Part shown: positions 22,665-32,931 of the stretch, one piece after another | Layout: each line of letters starts with the position of its first letter | Position numbering within the stretch: the first letter of the stretch is position 1 | Source of the DNA: Spirochaetales bacterium | GTDB taxonomy: Bacteria; Spirochaetota; Spirochaetia; DSM-27196; PWMO01 | Direction of reading: 5' to 3' | Length of the DNA: 37,143 nt | Assembly (NCBI GenBank): GCA_007123465.1 | Contig: SKLB01000094.1 | Location: forward strand, 1 to 37,143 | Made by a program: the position numbers and the translations under genes | The notes under the pieces: model-generated | Told to the model about the DNA's origin: nothing | What the model saw: only the letters and a program-made list of their open reading frames with translations | Databases searched by the model: none

Positions 22665-24191
22665 ATGGCGTCGAAAGATAGAGATAAGAGTCCCGACAAA
22701 AAAGCCGAAGACAAGGTGAAGCAGCGCAGCCTGGCCGGTCGTAGCCCGTTGCTCTACGTTTTCAGTGTCATCATCCTGGTAGTCATCGTTGTCACCTTTG
22801 TTGGGGCGCCGGTGGCAACCGGATTTGTCGGTGAGACCCAGCCGGTGTTCGGCCGTTACGGGGACCGCGACATCGTATACTCCCCGGGCAACTACTTTGC
22901 CCGCCGCTTCCAGCAGATCGCCGAGCAGGCTGATATTTCGCAAACCAACCAACAGGAATTCCAGTCCCAGCTGCGCAATCTGTGGCGCCAGGCGTTCAAT
23001 GATGCGGTGTTTCATGCCGCGGTGCTGCTGGAAGCCGAACAATCCGGAATGGCGCCCTCGCACGAACTGCTGGATCGTACCCTGGCCCAGCATCCGGCTT
23101 TTCAGGAGGACGGACGCTTCAGCTCACGACGCTATCGCCAGATGCCACAGCAGGAGCGCCAGAGCCTGCGCGACTATCTGAGAGAGGTGCTGATTCAACA
23201 GCAGTTTGTTGAAGACAAACTGCAGGCGCTGCGTACTCCGGCCCCCGAAACAACCTTTGTGGCCTCCATGTCGGGCCCCGAGCGACGCTTCCAGTACGTG
23301 GCCTTCTCGTTTGAAGAGGTTCCAGAGCAACCGGTGCTCGATTACGCGCGCGAGTTCTCATTCCGATTCCAGGAGGCAAATCTGTCGCGAATCACGGTGC
23401 GCTCCAGTCAGTCCGATGCCGAGCGCATACGCGAGCAGATCGCCGACAGAACTGCCAGCTTCGAAGACCTCGCCCAGGCACATTCGGTTGACGCGTACGC
23501 CGAACAGGGCGGCGAAATGGGCTGGATGCGATACTACGAATTGGAGCCGGATTTCCTCGATCCGCAGCTGCTCGACGAGGTCTACGCACTGGACGTTGGT
23601 GAGGTCAGCCCGGTTCTCGAGGCTCGCGATACCTGGATGATCTACCGCCTCAACGAACCGGTGAGGCAACCCGATCCGCAGGATCCCGCCACCCTGGCCA
23701 CGGTGCGCCGTTATATGAGCGCTTTCGAACGTGGAATCATTGAGGACTACCTGATCGATCAGGCCGACGAGTTTCGCGACCTCGCTCAGCGAGCCGGCTT
23801 CCAGCAGGCAGCCCAACAGCTTGGGCTGACCGTACTTGAATCGGAGTGGTTCCCGATCAACTACGGTAACATGCCGATTTTCTCGCCGGTACGCGGCCGC
23901 GAGGGCAATCTGTTGCGTACCGCGGCCTACCGCGAGGACTTCTTTCGCGAGTTATTTGGTCTGAGCGCCGGTGACGTTTCGCCTGCCATCACCCTCCAGA
24001 ACGGCACTCTCGTGGCTACGCTCATCGACCAGCGCGCCCCGGATGAAACAGATATCGAGTTCCTGCGTTCGTATTATCCATTTCTGGTGCAACAGATGCA
24101 GGGCGAGGAGCTCGAACGCAGCTTCATAGACCGCGACAAACTGACCGATAACTTCAACCAGGCGTTTACCCGCTACGTTATTGGTAACTGA
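22665..24191 (+). CDS. Membrane-anchored PpiD/SurA-like periplasmic chaperone with a PpiC (parvulin) domain
   Basis: Basic N-terminus, then one TM helix (LLYVFSVIILVVIVVTFVG). A SurA_N-like helical region follows. The parvulin block is RITVRSSQSDAERIREQIADRTASFEDLAQAHSVD...GGEMGWM...DVGEVSPVLEARDTWMIYRL. Confidence 0.8.
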   Translation: MASKDRDKSPDKKAEDKVKQRSLAGRSPLLYVFSVIILVVIVVTFVGAPVATGFVGETQPVFGRYGDRDIVYSPGNYFARRFQQIAEQADISQTNQQEFQSQLRNLWRQAFNDAVFHAAVLLEAEQSGMAPSHELLDRTLAQHPAFQEDGRFSSRRYRQMPQQERQSLRDYLREVLIQQQFVEDKLQALRTPAPETTFVASMSGPERRFQYVAFSFEEVPEQPVLDYAREFSFRFQEANLSRITVRSSQSDAERIREQIADRTASFEDLAQAHSVDAYAEQGGEMGWMRYYELEPDFLDPQLLDEVYALDVGEVSPVLEARDTWMIYRLNEPVRQPDPQDPATLATVRRYMSAFERGIIEDYLIDQADEFRDLAQRAGFQQAAQQLGLTVLESEWFPINYGNMPIFSPVRGREGNLLRTAAYREDFFRELFGLSAGDVSPAITLQNGTLVATLIDQRAPDETDIEFLRSYYPFLVQQMQGEELERSFIDRDKLTDNFNQAFTRYVIGN

Positions 24192-25810
24192 TGACCGGCG
24201 ACCCTCCGCTGGTAGTTGACGCTACTGACGGGAAAACAGTCGTCTTCCGCGGTAAGAACCTCTACAGCCCCACCACACCGCTGGCTGCCTGCCGCCGTCG
24301 GGTTGCCGCGCTCGATATCCTTGATCGCAGTCTGGTGATTGTACCGTCACCGCTACTTGGTCACGGCCTGCCGGAACTGCTTCACAAGTGCGGACCGGGC
24401 TGTCGTATTGTGCTGGTAGAATTGGAGCCACAACTCGCGGCCTTGTCTGCGCAGCAACTCCCGCACGCGGTTGTCACAGATCCGCGTGTTGCTGTGTGCT
24501 ACGCAGAGCAGTTGAGTCAGCTCGAAACGTGCTTTCCCCTGACACTGCGCAGCAGTTGCGAACGGGTTCTCCTGGTTAACCTCAGCGCAGGGTCACGCCT
24601 GCACTCTGAAGACTACTCGCGCCTGGTGCGCTGGCTACAGGATGAGATCCGCCGCGCATGGCAGAATCGCATGACTACAATGCACATGGCCCGGCTCTGG
24701 TTTCGCAACCTGTTTGCCAATCTGCCCCTACTACCGGCCTCCCGACCAATTGAATCTTTGCGCGTTGAAAAACCGACGCTGGTGCTCGGAGCGGGGCCGT
24801 CGTTGCAGGAACTGCTGCCGCAACTGCAGCAAGCACGCGACCAGCTCTTTGTGATTGCCGTGGACACCGCCCTGCCGGTACTGGAAGCGCACTCCATAGC
24901 AGCAGACGCCGTGGTAGCCGTCGAGGCTCAGCACGCCAACCTGGGAGATTTTCTGGGGGTGCAGCGGTCGTCCGTGCTGCTGTTTGCTGATCTCTTCTCC
25001 TACCCTGCGGTTGTCCGCCTCTTCCCGCGGCACAACACGTTGTTCTTCGCCTCGCGGCCGCTTGAGACCGCATTGGTGGGCCGCCTTGAATCCCGCGGAC
25101 TGCTGCCGCTGCAGATTCCTCCGCTTGGCAGTGTCGGTGTTGTTGCGGTCAAACTTGCGTGCTCCGTCTGCAGCGGCGCGATAGGCTTCAGCGGCCTGGA
25201 TTTTTCCTACGCGGACGGTAAGACACACGCCAACGGTGCCCCGATGCTGCAGCGCGCCCTGTCATCGGCCAATCGCCTCTCGGGTGACCGCATCTATGCC
25301 GCGTGTCTGGCCCGTGCGCGGCTTGCACAACCGGACAAGCGCGGCGGCATCTGCAAGACCGACATGGTACTTCTCTCCTACGCGGAACAGTTGCAGAGCA
25401 TCGCCTCTGCGAACCCGCTGCTGTACGACCTGGGAGCGCACGGGCTGGCCACCGGCGCCCGGCAAGTGGAGAGCCTTGAAGGATTTCTGCAAGAGGCTGC
25501 AGCCGCTGCGCCGCGTGTGCAGCCGGCTATGACCGAAGCGCAGCCGCCGGACTACCAAACGCTGCGCGACGCCCTCGAAGACGAGTTGGCGCTGCTGCAG
25601 CAACTGGAAGCATCGATTGGCAACCAAGGTGATGCGCGGCAATTGCAGCGCCTGCTGCAGGCTGCAGACTATCTTTGCTGCGAGACCGGTGCTCCCGGCA
25701 GCAGCGACCAGAGCGCTCTGCGCCGTTCCCTGGTTGCTGCCCGATTCTACCGGATCCAGATCAACCGCGCTCTGGCAAGAGTGCTGGAGCTTACTCCTCC
25801 TCGGACTTGA
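24191..25810 (+). CDS. Motility-accessory-factor-like protein (DUF115 / MptE-like domain)
   Basis: The core KPTLVLGAGPSLQELLPQL...LFVIAVDTALPVLEAHSIAADAVVAVEAQ matches the GxGPSL ... I.PD..v..D layout of the DUF115/Maf family. The ATG overlaps the upstream stop (TGATG, 24189-24193). Confidence 0.6.
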   Translation: MTGDPPLVVDATDGKTVVFRGKNLYSPTTPLAACRRRVAALDILDRSLVIVPSPLLGHGLPELLHKCGPGCRIVLVELEPQLAALSAQQLPHAVVTDPRVAVCYAEQLSQLETCFPLTLRSSCERVLLVNLSAGSRLHSEDYSRLVRWLQDEIRRAWQNRMTTMHMARLWFRNLFANLPLLPASRPIESLRVEKPTLVLGAGPSLQELLPQLQQARDQLFVIAVDTALPVLEAHSIAADAVVAVEAQHANLGDFLGVQRSSVLLFADLFSYPAVVRLFPRHNTLFFASRPLETALVGRLESRGLLPLQIPPLGSVGVVAVKLACSVCSGAIGFSGLDFSYADGKTHANGAPMLQRALSSANRLSGDRIYAACLARARLAQPDKRGGICKTDMVLLSYAEQLQSIASANPLLYDLGAHGLATGARQVESLEGFLQEAAAAAPRVQPAMTEAQPPDYQTLRDALEDELALLQQLEASIGNQGDARQLQRLLQAADYLCCETGAPGSSDQSALRRSLVAARFYRIQINRALARVLELTPPRT

Positions 25811-27593
25811 GCACCGACAGAAACGCAGACTGCGGCAGCTCCACGTTACCGACCAGCTTCATCCGCTTCTTGCCCTCTTTCTGCTTCTCCAGCAGCTTCC
25901 GCTTGCGCGAGATATCACCGCCGTAACACTTGGCCGTAACATCTTTGCGCAACGCCGAAATCGTTTCACGCGCAATCACGTTGCCTCCGATTGTTCCCTG
26001 AATCGGTATCTTGAACTGGTGACGCGGGATTTCCTGGCGCAGCTTCCTGCAGATTCGGCGAGCCTTGGCCTCGGCGGTTCCGCGAAACACCAGTTGAGAC
26101 AACGCATCGACCGGTTTACCGTTGACCAGTATATCCAGTCGAACCAGATCGACTTCACGGTATTCGATAATATCGTAGTCAAGCGAAGCGTAGCCACGAC
26201 TGACCGATTTGAGACGATCGTAGAAGTCAAACAGAACCTCGGCCAGCGGCATGACGTAGATCAGCTCAACCCGCTTCTTGTCCAGGTAGCGCAGATCTTC
26301 CTGAGTGCCGCGCTTTTCGAGGCAGAGCGTAATCACGTTGCCCAGGTAGTCCGCCGGCGTAATGACCGAGGCCCGGATATACGGTTCGCGGCAGACCGCA
26401 ACGTCGCCCGGATTGGGATACTCCAACGGGTTCGAAATCGCGCGATTTTCACCGTTATTCAGAATTACCTCGTAGCGCACAGAGGGAGCTGTGAGCACCA
26501 GCGACAGATTGAACTCACGCTCGAGGCGCTCCTGCACCACTTCAAGGTGCAGCAGTCCCAGAAAGCCGCAGCGAAACCCGAATCCTAACGCTGCCGAGTT
26601 GTCTTTTTCGTAGATCAGTGACGCATCGTTCAGCTTGAGCCGCTCCATGGCTGCAGCCAGCTCGTCGTAGTCGTTGGTGTCCACCGGAAAGATCGATGAA
26701 AAAACCACCGGTTTGACTTCGCGGAACCCTGCCAGCGGCTGCGCACACGGTTTGTCGTTGTGCGTAACCGTATCTCCTACCCGTATGTCACTGACAGTCT
26801 TGATACCGCCTATGAAGTATCCAACCTCGCCCGCATCAAGCCTGGCGGTTGGAGCAAGCACAATACGGAACTTGCCCAGCTCTTCGACTTTGTAGGAAGA
26901 CTCATTGGCAAACATGCGAATGCTTTCACCGCTGCTGAGGCGGCCGTTGACCACCTTGATATGCACGATGACCCCACGGTAGGCGTCGTAATGAGAGTCG
27001 AAAATTCGCGCCTGGAGCGGTGCGCTGAAGTCACCGGCGGGAGGGGGGATCAGTGTGATAATCGCGTGCATCAGCTCGTCGATGCCAACTCCGTTCTTGG
27101 CCGATATCAAGATTGCAGTTTCGGGATCGAGTCCGAGGTCGTGTTCGATCTGCTGTTTGACTTCGTCTACGCGTGCGCTCGGAAGGTCGATCTTGTTGAT
27201 AACCGGAACGATCTCGAGGTTGTGCTCCAGCGCCATGTACATGTTGGACAGCGTCTGGGCCTGGACACCCTGCGCAGCATCGATGAGCAATAACGCCCCC
27301 TCGCACGAGGCTATCGCGCGCGATACCTCGTACGAAAAGTCAACGTGCCCCGGGGTGTCTACCAGATTCAACTGATACAGCACACCGTCGCTATCGGTGT
27401 ACGGAATCGTAATGGCGTGCGACTTGATCGATATTCCGCGCTCACGCTCGATATCCATCGAATCGAGCAGTTGGTCCTGAAAGTCGCGCGCTTCAACCAT
27501 CTTGGCCAGTTGGATGAGCCGATCAGCAAGCGTGGATTTTCCATGATCGATATGGGCAATAATGCAGAAGTTTCTTGTGTGTTGCTGATTCAT
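25791..27593 (-). CDS. lepA: Translation elongation factor 4 (LepA)
   Basis: MNQQHTRNFCIIAHIDHGKSTLADRL, DTPGHVDF and NKIDL GTPase motifs. The LepA-specific C-terminus is also present: GGDISRKRKLLEKQKEGKKRMK. 600 aa. Confidence 0.95.
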   Translation of the reverse strand: MNQQHTRNFCIIAHIDHGKSTLADRLIQLAKMVEARDFQDQLLDSMDIERERGISIKSHAITIPYTDSDGVLYQLNLVDTPGHVDFSYEVSRAIASCEGALLLIDAAQGVQAQTLSNMYMALEHNLEIVPVINKIDLPSARVDEVKQQIEHDLGLDPETAILISAKNGVGIDELMHAIITLIPPPAGDFSAPLQARIFDSHYDAYRGVIVHIKVVNGRLSSGESIRMFANESSYKVEELGKFRIVLAPTARLDAGEVGYFIGGIKTVSDIRVGDTVTHNDKPCAQPLAGFREVKPVVFSSIFPVDTNDYDELAAAMERLKLNDASLIYEKDNSAALGFGFRCGFLGLLHLEVVQERLEREFNLSLVLTAPSVRYEVILNNGENRAISNPLEYPNPGDVAVCREPYIRASVITPADYLGNVITLCLEKRGTQEDLRYLDKKRVELIYVMPLAEVLFDFYDRLKSVSRGYASLDYDIIEYREVDLVRLDILVNGKPVDALSQLVFRGTAEAKARRICRKLRQEIPRHQFKIPIQGTIGGNVIARETISALRKDVTAKCYGGDISRKRKLLEKQKEGKKRMKLVGNVELPQSAFLSVLKSEEE

Positions 27594-27604
27594 AGTCTGC
27601 GGCA

Positions 27605-27633
27605 GTTGTAACCTGCAGCGAGAAGTTTTGCAA
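27605..27633 (-). promoter_or_regulatory. Weak sigma70-like promoter candidate abutting the lepA start
   Basis: Minus strand: TTGCAA (27633-27628), 17 nt of spacer, TACAAC (27610-27605), then 11 nt to ATG 27593. No SD. The -10 lacks the conserved final T, so this is weak. lepA could equally be read through from the upstream operon. Confidence 0.22.
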
Positions 27634-27640
27634 CCGGCGC

Positions 27641-29542
27641 TCAGGTGTCGAGCACGGATCGCACCCGCTCCAGCAGCGTCTGCAGTTCAAACGGTTTCAG
27701 CAGCAGCGAAGCCCACCCCTGCTGACTCCACTCGTCGGAAACCGATTCGGGATACCCGGATATCAGCAGGGCTTTGATTTCGGGACGCGCAGAACGGATC
27801 CGGGCGACCAGCCGGTCACCGGTTACGTGCGGCATAACCACGTCGGAAACAATCATGTGCAGCGTATTAGACGGGTCTTCGGCTATCAGCAGCGCCTCGC
27901 CGGCATTCTGTGCCTCGATCACCGTGTATCCGTTGTCTCGTAGCACACGGGCGAGCATCCGTCGAACGGCCTCGTCATCTTCCACCAGCAGCAGCGTCTC
28001 ATTGCCCCCCGGTGTACCGCGAGGGCCTGGCTCTTCTGCATCCTCGCTCACTCCTTGCTCGGTCAACGGCAGATAGATACTGAATGAAGTGCCCTCGCCA
28101 ACGGCGCTGCTCACCTGAATATGGCCCTCAGACTGACTGACTATTCCGTAGACTGTCGATAATCCCAGCCCGGTTCCCTGTCCGGTATCCTTGGTCGTGA
28201 AAAACGGCTCAAAGATTCGGTTGAGATCCTGCGGCTGAATACCGCAGCCGGTATCCTGCACGCTGAGAACTGCGTAGTCGCCTTCGGGAACGCATCCGGT
28301 TTGCGTTGCCATCTCGCCGACGACAGTCTCGTTGCGCGTTCGCACTGTGAGCGTCCCTCCGCCCGGCATGGCATCACGCGCATTAACCACCAGATTCATC
28401 AGCACCTGCTCCATCTGTCCGCGGTCAACCAGCACGGTAGCGGGCTTGGCGCGGCACGAAAGGTACAAACGCACATTCTCGGTTACCAGGCGGCGAAACA
28501 TCTTCTCGAGGTCTACAACAATTTCATTGAGGTCGCACGCCTTACGCTGCAACACCTGGCGCCGACTGAACGTCAGCAGCTGGCGGGTCAGAATCGCTGA
28601 CTTCTGAGCTGCTCGATCGAGCCCCTCCAGGTCCGCGCCGATGTCTTCAGCGACATCTGTGGCAACGCGCTTCAGTTCCTGGTGAATAAGCCTGGAGTAG
28701 CCCATGATCACGGTCAGCAGGTTGTTGAAATCATGTGCAATACCGCCCGACAACCTGCCGACAGCTTCCATCTTCTGCACCTGGCGGAACTGCTCCAGGC
28801 TCCTGGCGAGGTCCGCTTCGGCGCGCAGCCGTGAAGAAACGTCCCGGAATACCGCCACGGTCCCCGAGCGAGCTCCCTTGTCACCCACGAGCGGAGTCAA
28901 CAGGTACTCGACCGGTACCCACTCGGAGTCGGCGTTGAGAAGATAGTGCTGTACGGCTCCCTCTTCGCTTCGGTCTTCACGCGGCTTCTGCTCGACCACA
29001 ACAACCGAATTGTATTCCTGCCCGAGACATTGCTGTTGCTGCAGTCCGAGAATCTGCAGCGCAACCGGGTTGATGAAATCAATGATTCCCTGCGTATCGC
29101 ACACCACCACACCGTCGCCGATGCTCTTGAGCGTTGTTGAGAACAGCCGTTCGCGGCGAATCAACTCCTGTTCCATCTGGTGACGGAACAATGCCAGCAC
29201 AATCGCTGTGCGTAACTCGCGCTCCTCGAAAGGTTTTATGAGATAGGCAAATGGTTGTGACGCCTTGGCGCGCTCGATCGTCTGGTCGTCGGCGTAGGCG
29301 GTAAGCAGGATAACCGGGATATTGTAGCGCTCTTTGATCAGCTCGGCGGTTTCCAGACCGTCTAGTTGCCCCTGCAGACGGATGTCCATCAGCACCAGTA
29401 CCGGGCCGATCTCCTCGATGTGCGCCAGCGCTTCTTCACCCGACGGATAGGTAGCCGGAACTTCATAGCCGTACTTCTGCAGATGCATCTTGATATCAAG
29501 AGCAACGATGTGTTCGTCTTCTACTACCAGTATCCGTTCCAC
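27641..29542 (-). CDS. Soluble hybrid sensor histidine kinase: REC-PAS-HisKA-HATPase-REC
   Basis: N-terminal receiver (ILVVEDEHIV...LVLMDIRL...LIKPF). PAS-like segment (TLKSIGDGVVVCDTQGIIDFINP). H-box GGIAHDFNNLLTVI. N/G boxes NLVVNARDAM and GTGLGLSTVYG. C-terminal receiver (LLLVEDDEAV...MIVSDVVMP...LLKPF). No hydrophobic segment seen. Confidence 0.85.
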   Translation of the reverse strand: MERILVVEDEHIVALDIKMHLQKYGYEVPATYPSGEEALAHIEEIGPVLVLMDIRLQGQLDGLETAELIKERYNIPVILLTAYADDQTIERAKASQPFAYLIKPFEERELRTAIVLALFRHQMEQELIRRERLFSTTLKSIGDGVVVCDTQGIIDFINPVALQILGLQQQQCLGQEYNSVVVVEQKPREDRSEEGAVQHYLLNADSEWVPVEYLLTPLVGDKGARSGTVAVFRDVSSRLRAEADLARSLEQFRQVQKMEAVGRLSGGIAHDFNNLLTVIMGYSRLIHQELKRVATDVAEDIGADLEGLDRAAQKSAILTRQLLTFSRRQVLQRKACDLNEIVVDLEKMFRRLVTENVRLYLSCRAKPATVLVDRGQMEQVLMNLVVNARDAMPGGGTLTVRTRNETVVGEMATQTGCVPEGDYAVLSVQDTGCGIQPQDLNRIFEPFFTTKDTGQGTGLGLSTVYGIVSQSEGHIQVSSAVGEGTSFSIYLPLTEQGVSEDAEEPGPRGTPGGNETLLLVEDDEAVRRMLARVLRDNGYTVIEAQNAGEALLIAEDPSNTLHMIVSDVVMPHVTGDRLVARIRSARPEIKALLISGYPESVSDEWSQQGWASLLLKPFELQTLLERVRSVLDT

Positions 29543-29561
29543 TTGGTTACCGCTCGTGATG

Positions 29562-29957
29562 CTACTGATATCCCAGACGCCTCAATTCTGCTTCCAGCGC
29601 TTCACGCCGGATGGGTTTTACCATGTACGAAGTTGCCCCACCCTTGTAGTACGCCTCAACAACGTTCTTGGGGTCCTCCAGGGCGCTGGTCATGATTACG
29701 TCTACCTGATCCTTATCGGCAACACCGAACTCACGCTCCAGAGTGCGGATCCGGCGCAGTGCCTGATGCCCGTCAACTCGCGGCATCATGATGTCGAGAA
29801 AGATTGCCCGGTACGGCTGATTGTCCTCCCACGCCAGGCGGAAAGCCTCCACCGCTTCATCGCCATCCACAACCACATCGCACGAGCCGTGGTCCTTCAA
29901 TAACGCCTGCAGCAGTCTGCGGCTGCCAAAATCATCCTCAACTACCAGAAACTTCAT
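29562..29957 (-). CDS. Single-domain CheY-like response regulator (131 aa)
   Basis: MKFLVVEDD..., phospho-acceptor context IFLDIMMPRVDG, MTSAL, YMVKP. No output domain. Confidence 0.85.
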   Translation of the reverse strand: MKFLVVEDDFGSRRLLQALLKDHGSCDVVVDGDEAVEAFRLAWEDNQPYRAIFLDIMMPRVDGHQALRRIRTLEREFGVADKDQVDVIMTSALEDPKNVVEAYYKGGATSYMVKPIRREALEAELRRLGYQ

Positions 29958-29972
29958 CCCAATCTCTCCATC

Positions 29973-31832
29973 TCAATTGTAGTAGGTTTCCTCGTTCTTG
30001 CCGTAGCTGCGCGGCAGTTTCTCTTCAGCGTTGCCGGCACGCACTATCTGTTCGCAGAGCTTGAACGCGGCGCTGTGATCACCGCGACGGCACGCCAGAA
30101 TCAGGCGAAACAGCGTTGCCGAGCGTTCCTCGGCGCCTGATTCAATCGCCTCGGCTCGTGCCTCGGCTGCCAGGTTGTGCACTTGCCCCAGAGCGCCTTC
30201 GTGCAGCAGTGCCAACGCAGCGTGCTGCAAACGTTGAAACGCTGCCGGCTCTGTTTCGATGGTGGCTTCGCCGGCGTAGGCTGCCGTGAGAGTCTCGGAC
30301 AGCTCGCCGCCGCTGAATGGCTTGGACAGGAAGCCGTTCATGCCCGCCTCATACGCACGCCGCCTGTCGCGTTCAGAGTTGTGTGCGGTGAGTGCAATGA
30401 TCGGAACGCGGCGCCCGGCTTCACCGGCGGCTCCGGCTCGTAACCGTGCAGCAGCCTCAAAGCCATCCAGAATCGGCATCTCCGCATCCATCAGCACTAC
30501 GTCGGCCGGCTGCTGCCTCATGACCGTGAGCGCCTCCTGTCCGTTAGCCGCGATAGTCACGCTGTGCCCGAGTTCCTGCAGCAGCCTGCTGTTTACCAGC
30601 TGGTTGAGCTTATTGTCGTCAACCAGCAGGATTGCCAGCCCACCGGGTGCTGATCCGGCGGCACCACTGTCTACCGGGACTGCGGCCGCGCTCGGGCGCG
30701 ATGCTGCGGATTTGTACGGCAGGGTGACTACGAACCTGCTGCCCACGCCGGGTTTACTGTCAACATCGATCCACCCGCCCAGAATTTCCACCAGGCGTGC
30801 GGTTATCGACAGTCCGATTCCGGTTCCATTGTGCAGACGTGTCATGGAGGTGCTCACCTGCGTAAACGGTTCAAAAATGTGCGCGCGATGCTGCGCCTCA
30901 ATACCAACCCCGCTGTCCTGTACGCTGAAACGCAGCGTGACGCTGCCGGTTCTGCTGCAGCGTCCGCTCGGGTCACACTTGACCGTTACAGCCACAGAAC
31001 CGCACTCGGTAAACTTGACGGCGTTGGAAAGCAGATTGAGCAGAATCTGGCGCAGCTTTGTTCTATCACCGATCACATTCTCGGGGACATCGGGTTCTAT
31101 TGTCAGCCTGACTGCCAGCCGCTTGTCACGCGCCAGCGGCTCCACAATAGCGACGCAGTCGCTGACAGCCGCGTGAAGCGAGAACTCTGCCTCGTCACGC
31201 TGCATCTTTCCAGCGTCCAGCTTGGAGAAGTCGAGGATGTTATTGATTAAAAAGAGTAAGCCGTCGGCGGCGCTCTTCAGAATCTGCAGATACTCGAGTT
31301 GCTGCGGATTGTCGGCCATCGTCAGCGCGAGCTCCGACATGCCGATGATGCTGTTCAACGGAGTACGCAGCTCGTGACTCATATTTGCCACAAACTCGGA
31401 CCTGGCACGTGCGGCCTGCTCGGCCTGCTGCTTTGCATCGCGCAACGCCCGCTCCATGCGGCTCTTCTCCAGTGCAAACTGAATAACGATCAGCAGGTCG
31501 CGCTCTTCTATCGGCTTGACGATGTAGCCAAACGCTTCGCTCGCCACAGCGCGTTCTACGCTGTCACGGTCCGAGAAGGCGGTCAAAAAGATCACCGGGA
31601 TGTCAAACCGTGTGCGGATGGCATCAGCAGCGCCGATACCGTCCATTTTACCGCTCAACTGTACGTCCATCAGCACCAGATCAGGCAGGGTATCCTCGGC
31701 AAGCGTAATAGCCCGCTCGGCGGAGTCGACCACGCCCACTACCGAATAGCCGTTAGACTCCACGCGCCGCTTGAGATCCATAGCCACTATCGCTTCATCT
31801 TCAACAATAAGGATGCCGGCCGGGTTTTGCAT
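29973..31832 (-). CDS. Soluble hybrid histidine kinase: REC-HisKA-HATPase-REC with a ~100-aa helical tail
   Basis: N-terminal receiver ([10 protein letters not shown]...LVLMDVQL...IVKPI). H-box [26 protein letters not shown] and GTGIGLSI. Second receiver ([10 protein letters not shown]...VVLMDAEMP...LSKPF). No TM segment seen. Confidence 0.85.
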   Translation of the reverse strand: MQNPAGILIVEDEAIVAMDLKRRVESNGYSVVGVVDSAERAITLAEDTLPDLVLMDVQLSGKMDGIGAADAIRTRFDIPVIFLTAFSDRDSVERAVASEAFGYIVKPIEERDLLIVIQFALEKSRMERALRDAKQQAEQAARARSEFVANMSHELRTPLNSIIGMSELALTMADNPQQLEYLQILKSAADGLLFLINNILDFSKLDAGKMQRDEAEFSLHAAVSDCVAIVEPLARDKRLAVRLTIEPDVPENVIGDRTKLRQILLNLLSNAVKFTECGSVAVTVKCDPSGRCSRTGSVTLRFSVQDSGVGIEAQHRAHIFEPFTQVSTSMTRLHNGTGIGLSITARLVEILGGWIDVDSKPGVGSRFVVTLPYKSAASRPSAAAVPVDSGAAGSAPGGLAILLVDDNKLNQLVNSRLLQELGHSVTIAANGQEALTVMRQQPADVVLMDAEMPILDGFEAAARLRAGAAGEAGRRVPIIALTAHNSERDRRRAYEAGMNGFLSKPFSGGELSETLTAAYAGEATIETEPAAFQRLQHAALALLHEGALGQVHNLAAEARAEAIESGAEERSATLFRLILACRRGDHSAAFKLCEQIVRAGNAEEKLPRSYGKNEETYYN

Positions 31833-31836
31833 GCAT

Positions 31837-32916
31837 TCAGTTTCCCGCTGTCCAGATCACGTGTTGCGCGATTGCCGGTAACCCCAGAACCTTATCTACC
31901 GCGCCGCGCTTGATTGCCTCATTCGGCATGCCGAAGACCACACAGGTCTCTTCATCCTGCGCAACAGTGTAGGCGCCGGCCTCTTTCATCTCGAGCATGC
32001 CCCGCGCCCCGTCATCGCCCATACCGGTCATAATCACGCCGATCGCGTTCCGGCCCGCGTAGCGCGCCGCGGAACGGAACAGTACGTCAGCCGATGGACG
32101 GTGGCGGCTCACCAGCGGGCCATCGCGCACCTCCACGTAGTAGCGCGCGCCGCTGCGCTTGAGCAGGGTATGACGGTTTCCCGGCGCTATCAGTGCTCGG
32201 CCGCGAACTACGGTATCGTTGTCGGCAGCTTCCTTGACCGAAACGCGGCATATGCCGTCGAGCCGCCGTGCAAACGCCGCGGTGAAGTTCTCCGGCATGT
32301 GCTGCACGATTACAACCCCCGGAGCATCAAGCGGCAGCCCCTGCAGGAATTCGCGCAACGCCTCGGTGCCCCCGGTTGATGCACCCACAACCACAATGCG
32401 CTCGGTTGTCTCTATCACCGACACTGCGCGCGCCCGCGGCAGGACCGCGTCGGCGGTCAATTTAGGTGCTATATCCTGCTCGCGCGCGTCGGGCGTCGGT
32501 ATCTTCTTGACGCGCGTCTGGTGAGCCGCCTTTACCACGTCACAAATGCGGACTTTGGATTCTTCCAGAAAGACCTTTGTCCCCAGCTTTGGTTTCTCGA
32601 TAATCTCAATTGCACCGTATTCCAGCGCCTGCAACGCGTTTCCCGATCCTTCGCCGGCCTGTGACGAGCAGACAACCACCGGGATCGGATGCTGACTCAT
32701 CAGCTGCTTGAGAAAGCTGATGCCGTCCATTCGCGGCATCTCGATATCCAGCGTGATTACGTCCGGGATCATACTCTCCAGCTTCTTGGCTGCGATGATC
32801 GGGTCCGATGCGGTGGCAATCACTTCAATAGCGGGATCATCTTCGAAGACAGCCTTGAGCGTTTCTCGCACAACGGCTGAGTCATCGATGATCATTACCT
32901 TAATCGGATCGGTCAT
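31837..32916 (-). CDS. cheB: Chemotaxis protein-glutamate methylesterase CheB (REC plus esterase)
   Basis: [14 protein letters not shown]...[13 protein letters not shown] is the receiver. [20 protein letters not shown] and GMGDDGA are esterase motifs. 359 aa. Confidence 0.9.
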   Translation of the reverse strand: MTDPIKVMIIDDSAVVRETLKAVFEDDPAIEVIATASDPIIAAKKLESMIPDVITLDIEMPRMDGISFLKQLMSQHPIPVVVCSSQAGEGSGNALQALEYGAIEIIEKPKLGTKVFLEESKVRICDVVKAAHQTRVKKIPTPDAREQDIAPKLTADAVLPRARAVSVIETTERIVVVGASTGGTEALREFLQGLPLDAPGVVIVQHMPENFTAAFARRLDGICRVSVKEAADNDTVVRGRALIAPGNRHTLLKRSGARYYVEVRDGPLVSRHRPSADVLFRSAARYAGRNAIGVIMTGMGDDGARGMLEMKEAGAYTVAQDEETCVVFGMPNEAIKRGAVDKVLGLPAIAQHVIWTAGN

Positions 32917-32931
32917 GGGGTCCTCTCGCCG

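Noticed and set aside
22629-23093. 154-aa minus-strand ORF upstream of and overlapping the PpiD-like gene
   Set aside because: It would run through the plus-strand promoter, SD and TM-anchor coding region of a well-supported gene. It has no motif.
25617-26588. 323-aa plus-strand ORF
   Set aside because: It is antisense to lepA, whose identity is unambiguous, and it has no recognisable domain.
29973-30290. C-terminal ~100 aa of the REC-HisKA-HATPase-REC kinase as an HPt domain
   Set aside because: The region is helical and contains histidines, but there is no HxxKG(S/A)-type HPt motif. I left it as an unassigned tail.
30286-31176. 296-aa plus-strand ORF (also 31299-31913 and 28301-28607)
   Set aside because: These are antisense to the hybrid kinase genes. 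The sequences are Ser/Ala/Arg/Pro-rich and low in complexity.
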